Assembly: GCA_044344255.1 (NCBI GenBank)
Contig: JBIJDH010000026.1
Span: forward strand, 1 to 64,000
Direction: 5' to 3'
Length of the DNA: 64,000 nt
Source: Myxococcota bacterium
GTDB taxonomy: Bacteria; Myxococcota_A; UBA796; UBA2385
The notes under the pieces are model-generated. The model saw only the letters and a list, made by a program, of their open reading frames with translations. It searched no databases and was not told the DNA's origin. Numbering within the stretch: the first letter of the stretch is position 1; each line of letters opens with the position of its first letter. Made by a program: the position numbers and the translations under genes. Below are positions 1-7,749 of the stretch, in pieces.

Positions 1-125
1 TCCTCAAGCAGGAGACCTCGCGGAAGGTCGGCGTGAAGACGAAGCGCATGAGGGCGGGCTGGGACAACGAATACCTGCTCAAAGTAATTGGCGGATAAAT
101 GGGACGTTTAGATGCGATCGCCCTG
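1..125 (+). mobile_element. Right end of an ISAs1-family insertion sequence, with terminal inverted repeat at about 107-125
   Basis: TTTAGATGCGATCGCCCTG follows the transposase stop; its reverse complement begins CAGGGC, typical of ISAs1 ends. Confidence 0.75.
3..98 (+). CDS. C-terminal end of an ISAs1-family transposase (partial, runs in from the window edge)
   Basis: Manual translation LKQETSRKVGVKTKRMRAGWDNEYLLKVIGG* matches the typical ISAs1 C-terminus (KR.RAGWD..YL.KV). Confidence 0.8.
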   Translation, partial: LKQETSRKVGVKTKRMRAGWDNEYLLKVIGG

Positions 126-167
126 GGTGTGACCGCGCAAGTGACCGTTTCTGCTCAGGTTCGCCCC

Positions 168-183
168 TGGCCCCAGAGTTGCA
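168..183 (+). promoter_or_regulatory. Putative sigma54 (-24/-12) promoter
   Basis: TGGCCC-CAGAG-TTGCA with GG-N10-GC spacing, about 70 nt upstream of ATG 252. Confidence 0.55.
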
Positions 184-251
184 AGGTGTGCGCTCGAACC
201 ACCCGGCGAGCGCCCGCACCGCGCGCTCGACCGGCGTCCTTGGAGTGAACC

Positions 252-800
252 ATGAAGTCCACCGCCTTCTCCCGTCTCGTTCGCCGCGGGTGCGCCCGCT
301 CTCTGGTGGCCGCCGCGCTCCTCGTCCCCTCGGTCGCCGGGGCCGCCACCAGCCGCGGTAGCTCTCCCAACCAGATCGACAACGTCCGGCTCGACCTCCA
401 CGCGGACGTCGGCGGCTATGCCTCCTTCGGAGCGGGGTTCCGCGTCGACATCCCCATCGTGCGCAGCGGCCTCATCGCCACGGCCAACGACGAGCTGGCG
501 ATCAGCCCGGGCGTTGACGTCTTCTTCGCCAACTTCAACGAGCACTACTACAGTGGCGGCCCCTACCTCGTCCCCAACATCGTCCTGCAGTGGAATTTCT
601 ACCTGAACGAGCGGTGGTCGATCTTCCCCGAGGCGGGCCTCGCCTTCTATGTGGGGGACGGCGACGAGCTCCCCCGCGGCCGCGCCACCTACGCCGCCCT
701 CGACCTCGGCTTCGGCGCCCGGTACCACTGGGCCGCCAACCGGGCCTTCTTGATGCGGGTGAGCTCCCCCACGGGGCTCCAGCTCGGCGTGACCTTCTGA
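252..800 (+). CDS. Small outer-membrane beta-barrel protein
   Basis: Signal peptide (AALLVPSVAGA), alternating beta-strand pattern, GFGARYHW motif, C-terminal Phe; RBS GGAG at about 242. Confidence 0.75.
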   Translation: MKSTAFSRLVRRGCARSLVAAALLVPSVAGAATSRGSSPNQIDNVRLDLHADVGGYASFGAGFRVDIPIVRSGLIATANDELAISPGVDVFFANFNEHYYSGGPYLVPNIVLQWNFYLNERWSIFPEAGLAFYVGDGDELPRGRATYAALDLGFGARYHWAANRAFLMRVSSPTGLQLGVTF

Positions 801-2761
801 GCCCCGCCACCGGCTGGCGGCGCAGGGCCCGCCGCGGCCTCCTCGTGTTGATCCTGGTGCCCGCGGCGCTCGCCTCGGTGACCGCCGGGCTCGTCGGCCT
901 CGAGCACCTCGCGCTCAACCTGCTGCTCCCGCGCTTCATCAACCAGCACCCCGAGCGCATCCGCGTCGAGTTCGACTGGGCGCAGATGATCGTGCCCGGG
1001 GAGGTCGAGGTGCGCGGCCTCCGCTTGCGTGGACAGACCCCGGGTGAGCAGTGGTCTGTCACGGCCGATCATGTCATCGCGACGGTCTCGCTCGAGGAGC
1101 TGCGCCACCAGCGCTTCCACGCCAGCGAGGTCGTGGCCCGCGGCCTCACCTTTCACATGCGTCACCGCCACGACCGGGGCTACGCAGGGCCCGCGGTGGC
1201 CGACGGGATGTCCCACCAGGTGCACCTCGCCGCCACGGGGGAGGGGCCGATCGAGGACCTCGCCTCCCGTGGCGCTGCCACGGCCGATCCGCCCATCCCC
1301 GGCCTCCACAACCCGCCCGACCCTCGTCCGGAGGACATCTACGCGCCGGCGCCCCCCTGGGAGGTGCGCGTCGACGACATCGAGGCGACCGAGCTCCGCG
1401 AGGTCTGGGTCAACGGCCTCCGCCTCCGGGGTGACAGCCGGGCCCACGTCACCCTCTTCGCCGGGCGGCCCTACTTTGACCTCGACGCCCAGCTCGACGT
1501 CGAGTCGATGCGCGCGGATCTCGGGGAGGCCGCCCTCGCCGAGGGCATCCACGGAGAGGTCTCGCTCACCCTCGCGGGGATGGACCGCACCACGGCCGAC
1601 GACGAGCGCCTCGCGACGCTGAGCGGGCGGGCGAAGCTCGGCGTCGACGTAAAGGACCTCCGATCGCTCGACCGCTACCTGGAGGCCCTGCCTTGGCTCC
1701 GCTTGAGCGGGGTCGGCCATGCGGAGCTCGACCTCGGCTTCGACGGCGCACAGGTTCGTCCGGGCAGCCACGTCCGCGCTACCTTCCCTGACCTGCTGCT
1801 CCGCGTGCTCGACAACGACGTCATCGGCTCGGGCATCGTCCAGGCCGAGGTGGGCCCGGACGCGGCCGGGGAGCCGGAGAGCCGGGTGTCGGTCCGCTTC
1901 GATGACTTCTGGATCATCGCGGATGGAGGTGCGTCGCGGATCGTCGAGGGCACGGGCTTGCGGGTCACGGCCCACAGCCCCGAGACCGCCCTCGACCGGC
2001 CCGCCTCCGCGGTGGAGGTGCGCCTCGACCTGCCTGAGTCGAGGGTCCCCGACATCTCGGCCTTCAACACCTACCTCCCTGCCGACGTCGGCCTCTCCCT
2101 CGATGGAGGCAGCGGCACGGTCCACGGCCACTTGCGCGCCTCGAGCGAGGACGCCACCGCGAGCGGTGACCTCTACGTAGAAGGCGACGACATCGGCGTT
2201 CATTTTGACCGATACGCGATCAAGGCAGATCTGTCCGTTCACGCGCAATTGACCGAGGCGCAGCTCGCCCTCGGCCACTATGACATCGCAGGCAGCGTGG
2301 TCGAGCTGCGGGAGGGGGGCATCGCCGCCGGGGGCGGCGGCCGTCGGCCATCGAGACGCTGGTCGGCCACCCTTGAGGTGCTGGCGGGGTCGCTCGACGT
2401 CGGGGCCAAGGAGTTCCTGGACACCACGCTCCGCGTGAAAGCGAGTGACTCTGCTCCTTTTGTCCTGATCATCGCGGACCGCCGCAGCCTCCCCCGCTGG
2501 GTGCAGGACCGGATGACCGTGTCGGGCGTCTCGGGCGACGCGCACCTCAAGCTGGGAGACGGCTCGATCTCCGTCCAGCCCTGTCAGGTGCGGGGTGGGG
2601 GCCATCGGGTCGACCTCCGGTACCGCCGGAGGGGCCAGTCCGCGAGCGGCGCGCTGCTCTTTCGCTCCGGCTCCCTGTCCGTCGGCGTGGCCCTGCTCCC
2701 CGACGGGCCGCAGCTCCAGCTCTTCAACGCGAAGCGGTGGTTCTTTGGGATCACAGACTGA
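797..2761 (+). CDS. Large membrane-anchored beta-rich hypothetical protein (AsmA/TamB-like by architecture)
   Basis: Part of ORF 590..2761. N-terminal basic + hydrophobic anchor (WRRRARRGLLVLILVPAALAS) then beta-rich sequence. Start uncertain: CTG at 797 overlaps the upstream TGA. Confidence 0.6.
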   Translation: MSPATGWRRRARRGLLVLILVPAALASVTAGLVGLEHLALNLLLPRFINQHPERIRVEFDWAQMIVPGEVEVRGLRLRGQTPGEQWSVTADHVIATVSLEELRHQRFHASEVVARGLTFHMRHRHDRGYAGPAVADGMSHQVHLAATGEGPIEDLASRGAATADPPIPGLHNPPDPRPEDIYAPAPPWEVRVDDIEATELREVWVNGLRLRGDSRAHVTLFAGRPYFDLDAQLDVESMRADLGEAALAEGIHGEVSLTLAGMDRTTADDERLATLSGRAKLGVDVKDLRSLDRYLEALPWLRLSGVGHAELDLGFDGAQVRPGSHVRATFPDLLLRVLDNDVIGSGIVQAEVGPDAAGEPESRVSVRFDDFWIIADGGASRIVEGTGLRVTAHSPETALDRPASAVEVRLDLPESRVPDISAFNTYLPADVGLSLDGGSGTVHGHLRASSEDATASGDLYVEGDDIGVHFDRYAIKADLSVHAQLTEAQLALGHYDIAGSVVELREGGIAAGGGGRRPSRRWSATLEVLAGSLDVGAKEFLDTTLRVKASDSAPFVLIIADRRSLPRWVQDRMTVSGVSGDAHLKLGDGSISVQPCQVRGGGHRVDLRYRRRGQSASGALLFRSGSLSVGVALLPDGPQLQLFNAKRWFFGITD

Positions 2762-2805
2762 TGGACCAGAGGACGGGGAGGAGACGGATGGGGCGGGCGG
2801 GGGCG

Positions 2806-2853
2806 CAGCGGTCCAGCGGTCCAGCGGTCCAGCGGTCCAGCGGTCCAGCGGTC
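2806..2853. repeat. Perfect 8-bp tandem repeat (CAGCGGTC)x6
   Basis: Read directly from the intergenic sequence. Confidence 0.95.
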
Positions 2854-2978
2854 TAGCGAGTGAGGTTCCATCAAGGTGATGGCTCCCCGCCCCAGGCTGA
2901 CGGGAGGGCCGGCAGAGTGACCTGTGTTGGGTTGGTATTAACTAAGGTGCAAACATCATTTGTTTGACTGGACTGCCC

Positions 2979-2994
2979 CGGCCCGAGAGTTGCA
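2979..2994 (+). promoter_or_regulatory. Putative sigma54 promoter with an upstream AT-rich patch
   Basis: CGGCCC-GAGAG-TTGCA (GG-N10-GC); AT-rich segment 2925-2968 contains the inverted repeat CAAACA-N5-TGTTTG. Confidence 0.55.
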
Positions 2995-3078
2995 GTCGAA
3001 GGGTGAGCGGAGGTGGGAGCTGAGGTGGCGCCGCGGTGCCCCCTCCCCACCCAATCCACCCCCTCCACGAAGGTCACC

Positions 3079-3456
3079 ATGCGCTTGAGCCTCCCCGCTA
3101 CCCTCTCCACCCTCCTGCTCGGGGCCGCCCTCTCGGCCTGCGCGACCACCCAGCCGCTGCACACCGAGGCTTCGACGGCGGCCATCCGCTCCGCCGAGGA
3201 GCTCGGCGCCGCCGAGGTCCCCCAGGCCGCCCTGCATCTCCAGCTCGCGCGGGAGGGGCTCGAGGCCGCCACCACCCTCAACACCAAGGGCGAGAAGGAG
3301 CGCGCCGCCTCCTGGCTCCGCCGCGCCGAGGCCGACGCCGAGCTGGCCATCGCCCTCACCCAGGCCAATGACGAGAAGAAGTCGGCCCAGGAGGCGCTCG
3401 ACCGCGTGCGCAAGCTCCAGGCCGAGAACCCCTACGCCGTCGGGGGGACCCCATGA
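3079..3456 (+). CDS. DUF4398-family lipoprotein
   Basis: Lipobox LSAC; motifs AIRSAEELGA..PQAALHLQLA and LRRAEADAELA. Confidence 0.8.
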   Translation: MRLSLPATLSTLLLGAALSACATTQPLHTEASTAAIRSAEELGAAEVPQAALHLQLAREGLEAATTLNTKGEKERAASWLRRAEADAELAIALTQANDEKKSAQEALDRVRKLQAENPYAVGGTP

Positions 3457-4451
3457 GCGCCGCGCCCCGCCTCCCCGAAAGCAGCCCGAACCCGGAAGAG
3501 ACCGTGCCCCACGCCCCCGCCTCTCGCTCTCGCTCCCGCCTCGTCGCCGAGCCCCACCGCACGATGGGGCGCTCCCTCGGCCTCTCGGTGGGGCTGTTGG
3601 TGGGCCTCATCGCCGCCTGCACCCCCAAGGTGCCCTCCGAGCTCCTCAAGGCCCGTGAGGCCTACGCCTCCGCCAGTGAGGGGGCCGCCGCCACGATGGT
3701 GCCCGCCGAGCTCCACAAGGCGCACGGCGCCCTGATGGAGGCCGAAGCCGCCTTCAAGGTGGACCCCACGGGCTACAAGACGCTCGACCTCGCCTACATC
3801 GCCCAGCGAAAGGCCCAGCTCGCCAACGCCCTCGCCAGCCACGCGAACCAGGACGCCAACACGGTTGCGGCGAACGCCCAGTACCAGGCGACCCAGGACG
3901 CCATCATGGCGAACACGCGGGCGGAGCTCGGCAGCTCGAAGTCTGATCTCGCCGCGAGTCAGTCGGCGGGTGCCCTGACGGCGGCTCAGCTCCAGACCTC
4001 CGAGCTGGCCCGGGCCACCGCCGAGAAGCGAGCCAATGACGCGGTGGGCGCCCTCGCTCGGCTGGCCGCGGTCAAGGAAGAGAGCCGCGGCCTCGTCATC
4101 ACCCTCTCGGGCAGCGTGCTCTTCCGCTCGGACGAGGCCACCTTGCTCCCGGAGGCGCTCAAGCGGCTCGAGGGCGTGACGGACGCGCTGATGGAGACGA
4201 AGGAGCGGACCATCCTCATCGAGGGTCACACCGACTCCCAGGGCTCCGACGCCTACAACATCGACCTCTCTCAGCGCCGCGCCGAGTCTGTGCGCTCCTT
4301 CCTCACCGCCCGCGGCTACGAACCCAGTCGGATCCGGGCCGTGGGCATCGGGGAGGCCCGCCCGGTCGCCGGGAACAACACCGCCGAGGGGCGCGCGAAC
4401 AACCGCCGGGTGGAGATCGTGATCGAACCGTCGGTCACCGCGGCGCAATAG
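3453..4451 (+). CDS. DUF4398 + OmpA_C peptidoglycan-binding lipoprotein
   Basis: Lipobox IAAC, coiled coil, then GLVITLSGSVLF, EGHTDS..G..AYN..LSQRRA and NNRRVEI. True start may be ATG 3564. Confidence 0.9.
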   Translation: MSAAPRLPESSPNPEETVPHAPASRSRSRLVAEPHRTMGRSLGLSVGLLVGLIAACTPKVPSELLKAREAYASASEGAAATMVPAELHKAHGALMEAEAAFKVDPTGYKTLDLAYIAQRKAQLANALASHANQDANTVAANAQYQATQDAIMANTRAELGSSKSDLAASQSAGALTAAQLQTSELARATAEKRANDAVGALARLAAVKEESRGLVITLSGSVLFRSDEATLLPEALKRLEGVTDALMETKERTILIEGHTDSQGSDAYNIDLSQRRAESVRSFLTARGYEPSRIRAVGIGEARPVAGNNTAEGRANNRRVEIVIEPSVTAAQ

Positions 4452-5342
4452 ATGGGAGGGGCCGTGATCGCGAATGACCCGGTGACCGACTCGGTGACCA
4501 ACTCGGTGACCGACTCGGTGACCGTCCCAGAGTCGGGCCTCCCGCCGGCGCCCCGCGCGCGGGCCTGGGGGCCCTTGCTCCCGGCTGGGCTGCGCGAGAC
4601 GGCGACCGGCGTCGCCATGGGTCTCCGGTTTGTGCTGCGCTTCTTTCGGGAGCTCAGCCGGCCGCCCTTTCATGGCCACGAGGTGGCGATGCGCTGCTAC
4701 GAGGTGGGGGTGCGCTCGCTGCCGTTGATCACGCTCACGGGCTTCGTCACGGGCTTCGTCTTCACGAAGCAGTCCCGCCCCTCCCTCGCGGTCTTCGGTG
4801 CCACCTCCTGGCTCCCCTCCCTCATCACCATCGCGATGGTGAGGGCCCTCGCGCCGCTGATCACGGCCCTCATCTGCGCGGGGAAGGTGGGGTCCGGCAT
4901 CGGGGCCGAGCTCGGCTCGATGCGGGTGACCGAGCAGATCGAGGCGATGGAGGTCTCGGCGATCAACCCGTTCAAGTACCTCGTCGTGACCCGAACCCTG
5001 GCCACGACGCTGATGGTCCCGGCGCTGAGCCTCTATTGTTCGCTCGTCGGGCTGCTGGGCTCCTACCTCAACGTCTATACGCACGAGGCGACCAGCGTGT
5101 CGAGCTACCTCAAGAGCGGCTTCTCCTCGATCAGCTTCCTGGACCTCGGCTCCTCGGTGTTCAAGGCCCTGGTCTATGGCTTCACGATCGGGATCATCAG
5201 CTGCTACAAGGGCTACAACGCCACCTCCGGCACCCAGGGGGTGGGCCGCGCGGCGAATGGGTCGGTCGTCCTGTCGATGTTCGTCATCTTCATCGAGGAG
5301 GTGCAGATCGTACAGGTGGTCAACTGGATCCGGGACCTCTGA
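4452..5342 (+). CDS. mlaE: MlaE-family ABC permease
   Basis: AGKVGSGIGAELGSMRVTEQIEAMEVSAINP motif; several TM segments. Confidence 0.92.
   Translation: MGGAVIANDPVTDSVTNSVTDSVTVPESGLPPAPRARAWGPLLPAGLRETATGVAMGLRFVLRFFRELSRPPFHGHEVAMRCYEVGVRSLPLITLTGFVTGFVFTKQSRPSLAVFGATSWLPSLITIAMVRALAPLITALICAGKVGSGIGAELGSMRVTEQIEAMEVSAINPFKYLVVTRTLATTLMVPALSLYCSLVGLLGSYLNVYTHEATSVSSYLKSGFSSISFLDLGSSVFKALVYGFTIGIISCYKGYNATSGTQGVGRAANGSVVLSMFVIFIEEVQIVQVVNWIRDL
4479..4526. repeat. 12-bp tandem repeat (TCGGTGACCGAC) x4 in the mlaE 5' end
   Basis: Encodes PVTD SVTN SVTD SVTV. Confidence 0.85.
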
Positions 5343-5345
5343 GCC

Positions 5346-6185
5346 ATGACCACCCCCACCTCCGCTCCCCCGCCTGTCGTGCCCCCGCCTGTCGTGCTTT
5401 CCATCGAGGGCCTGACCAAGTCATTCGGCGATCGTGTCGTGCTGCGGGGGGTCAACCTCCAAGTCCGAGCGGCCGAGAACGTGGTCGTGCTCGGCCGTTC
5501 GGGCTCGGGGAAGTCTGTGCTCATCAAGATCGCGGTCGGCCTGCTGCGCCCCGATGAAGGCCAGGTGCGGATCTTCGGCGAGGACGTACACAGCCTGCCG
5601 CCCGCCGGTCTCGACCGGCTGCGGCGCCGGGTGGGCTTCTCTTTTCAGAGCGGCGCCCTCTATGACAGCATGAGCGTGCGGCAGAACCTCGAGTTTCCGC
5701 TGCGGATGAACATTCGGGACCTCTCTCCGGCCGACGTGCGCGAGCGGGTCGCCTCAGCCTTGGCCGCCGTGGGCCTCGAGCGCGCCCTCGAGCAAATGCC
5801 CTCCGAGCTCTCCGGCGGCCAGCGGAAGCGCCTCGGCATCGCACGGACCCTCATCCTCCGCCCCGAGATCATGCTCTACGACGAACCCACCGCCGGCCTG
5901 GACCCGATCACGAGCGGCGAGATCAACGAGCTCATTCGGTCCGTCCAGGAGAGCTACCACACCGCCTCGATCATCATCACCCACGACCTGACCTGCGCCC
6001 GCAGCACCGGAGACCGGGTGGCGATGCTGCATCAGGGGGAGATCCTCCGCGAAGGTACCTTCGCTGACGTCTTCCAGGACCCTGACCCCCGGCTGCGGTC
6101 CTTCTACGACTACAACTTCACGCAGAACAACTTCACGCAGAATGACGTGGCGCCGCGCGATTTGCCACAGAACGAGCGACAATGA
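5346..6185 (+). CDS. mlaF: MlaF-family ABC ATPase
   Basis: Walker A GRSGSGKS, FQSGALYDSM, LSGGQRKR, YDEPTAGLDP, THD. Confidence 0.93.
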   Translation: MTTPTSAPPPVVPPPVVLSIEGLTKSFGDRVVLRGVNLQVRAAENVVVLGRSGSGKSVLIKIAVGLLRPDEGQVRIFGEDVHSLPPAGLDRLRRRVGFSFQSGALYDSMSVRQNLEFPLRMNIRDLSPADVRERVASALAAVGLERALEQMPSELSGGQRKRLGIARTLILRPEIMLYDEPTAGLDPITSGEINELIRSVQESYHTASIIITHDLTCARSTGDRVAMLHQGEILREGTFADVFQDPDPRLRSFYDYNFTQNNFTQNDVAPRDLPQNERQ

Positions 6186-7204
6186 ATAACAGTGTTAATA
6201 ACAATGTGAATAACAAGGCGAAGAACAGGACGGATCGGCGCTCGGTCCTCCTCGGGCTGTTCACGATGGGCGCCATCGGCGTCCTCGCGGCTGGGGTGCT
6301 GATGATCGGCAGCCTCAATGACTCCTTCACGCGCCGCATCATCGTGTCCGCCACCTTCGAGCAGGTCAATGGCCTCAAGAAGGGGGACAACATCTGGTTC
6401 TCCGGCGTGAAGGTGGGCGTCGTCAAGGCCGTCGAATTCGACGTCGCCGCCCTCGTGCGGGTCGACCTGCGCATCGATCAGGCGGCGGCGGTCCACATCC
6501 GGCAGGACGTCCTGGCCACCATCGGCAGCGACGGTCTGATCGGCAACCGCATCGTCATCCTCAAGGGGGGGACCGCCACGGCGCCCACCCTCTCCGAGGG
6601 GGACACGCTCTCGATCGGAGAGGACTTCTCCACCGAGGACGTGGTGAAGATGTTGAAGGACAACAACACGAACCTCCTCGCGATCACGACAGACCTGAAG
6701 GGCATCACGGGCGACCTCCGGGCCGGCAAGGGCAGCGCGGGGCGGCTCCTCCAAGACGAGGGGCTCTACACCGCGCTCACCGCCTCGGTCGTCTCTCTCG
6801 GAGAGACCGCCGACAGCGCGCGGGCGCTGACGGGCTCTCTCGGCGCCTTCAGCCGCGAGCTCAATCGGGAGGGCAACCTCCCCCGGGCGCTCGTGACCGA
6901 TCAGGAGCTCTACCCGAAGCTGCAGGGGACGGTCGACCACCTCGAGCGTACGAGCCAGCGCGCGCTGGTGTTGATGGACGGCCTCGCCGAGGGCGTAGAA
7001 GATCCGCGCACCCCGATCGGCGCCCTGTCCCGAGACCAGGCCGCCGGGGCCGATCTCAAGGGCACCCTCGCCAACATGGAGCGGGCCAGCGCCACCCTCG
7101 ACGAGGACCTCGTCGGCCTCCAGCACAGCCTCTTCCTTCGCGGGTACTTTCGCAGGAAGGCCCGCGCGGATGCCCGCGCGGAAGCCCGCGCCGATGCCCG
7201 ATGA
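6182..7204 (+). CDS. mlaD: MlaD/MCE-family protein
   Basis: N-terminal TM, GLKKGDNIWFSGVKVG, SDGLIGN, helical C-terminus ending FLRGYF. Confidence 0.9.
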   Translation: MNNSVNNNVNNKAKNRTDRRSVLLGLFTMGAIGVLAAGVLMIGSLNDSFTRRIIVSATFEQVNGLKKGDNIWFSGVKVGVVKAVEFDVAALVRVDLRIDQAAAVHIRQDVLATIGSDGLIGNRIVILKGGTATAPTLSEGDTLSIGEDFSTEDVVKMLKDNNTNLLAITTDLKGITGDLRAGKGSAGRLLQDEGLYTALTASVVSLGETADSARALTGSLGAFSRELNREGNLPRALVTDQELYPKLQGTVDHLERTSQRALVLMDGLAEGVEDPRTPIGALSRDQAAGADLKGTLANMERASATLDEDLVGLQHSLFLRGYFRRKARADARAEARADAR

Positions 7205-7749
7205 CGGTGCCCGTCGAGACCTTTCACACCCTCGTAGAGGCCGAGCGGGCCCTCACCGAGCGGATGCGGGCCCGCATCCGCGCCCCCCTGGGCGATCCCA
7301 ACGAAGAGCTCGACGCCAAGCGAACGGTGGGCGAGCGCCTCGCCGATCGGGTGGCCCAGGTCGTCGGGAGCTGGGCCTTCATCGGCGGCTCCAGCCTCCT
7401 GCTCGCGGCCTGGGTCGGAGTGAACTTGCGGGCGGGGGAGGAGGCGGCCGATCCCTATCCCTTCATCCTGTTGAACCTCGTGCTCTCGACCCTCGCCGCG
7501 GTGCAGGCGCCGGTCATCATGATGAGCCAGAACCGCAGCGCCACCCGGGACCGGGCCCACGCTGACCTCGATTTTCGGGTCAACGTGCGGGCGGAGGCTG
7601 AGATCGCTGCCTTGAAGGTGGAGATGGAGGAGCTGCGCGGCCAACAGATGGTGGCCCTCCTCTCGATCCAGCACGAGCAGCTCTCTCTCCTCCGCCTGCT
7701 CATCACCGACCGGCAGGCTGACCTCGAAGGCCCCCCGACCCCTCAGTAG
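7201..7749 (+). CDS. DUF1003 membrane protein
   Basis: GERLADRVA..VGSW.F and DPYPFILLNLVLSTLAAVQAPVIMMSQNR signatures. Confidence 0.92.
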   Translation: MTVPVETFHTLVEAERALTERMRARIRAPLGDPNEELDAKRTVGERLADRVAQVVGSWAFIGGSSLLLAAWVGVNLRAGEEAADPYPFILLNLVLSTLAAVQAPVIMMSQNRSATRDRAHADLDFRVNVRAEAEIAALKVEMEELRGQQMVALLSIQHEQLSLLRLLITDRQADLEGPPTPQ

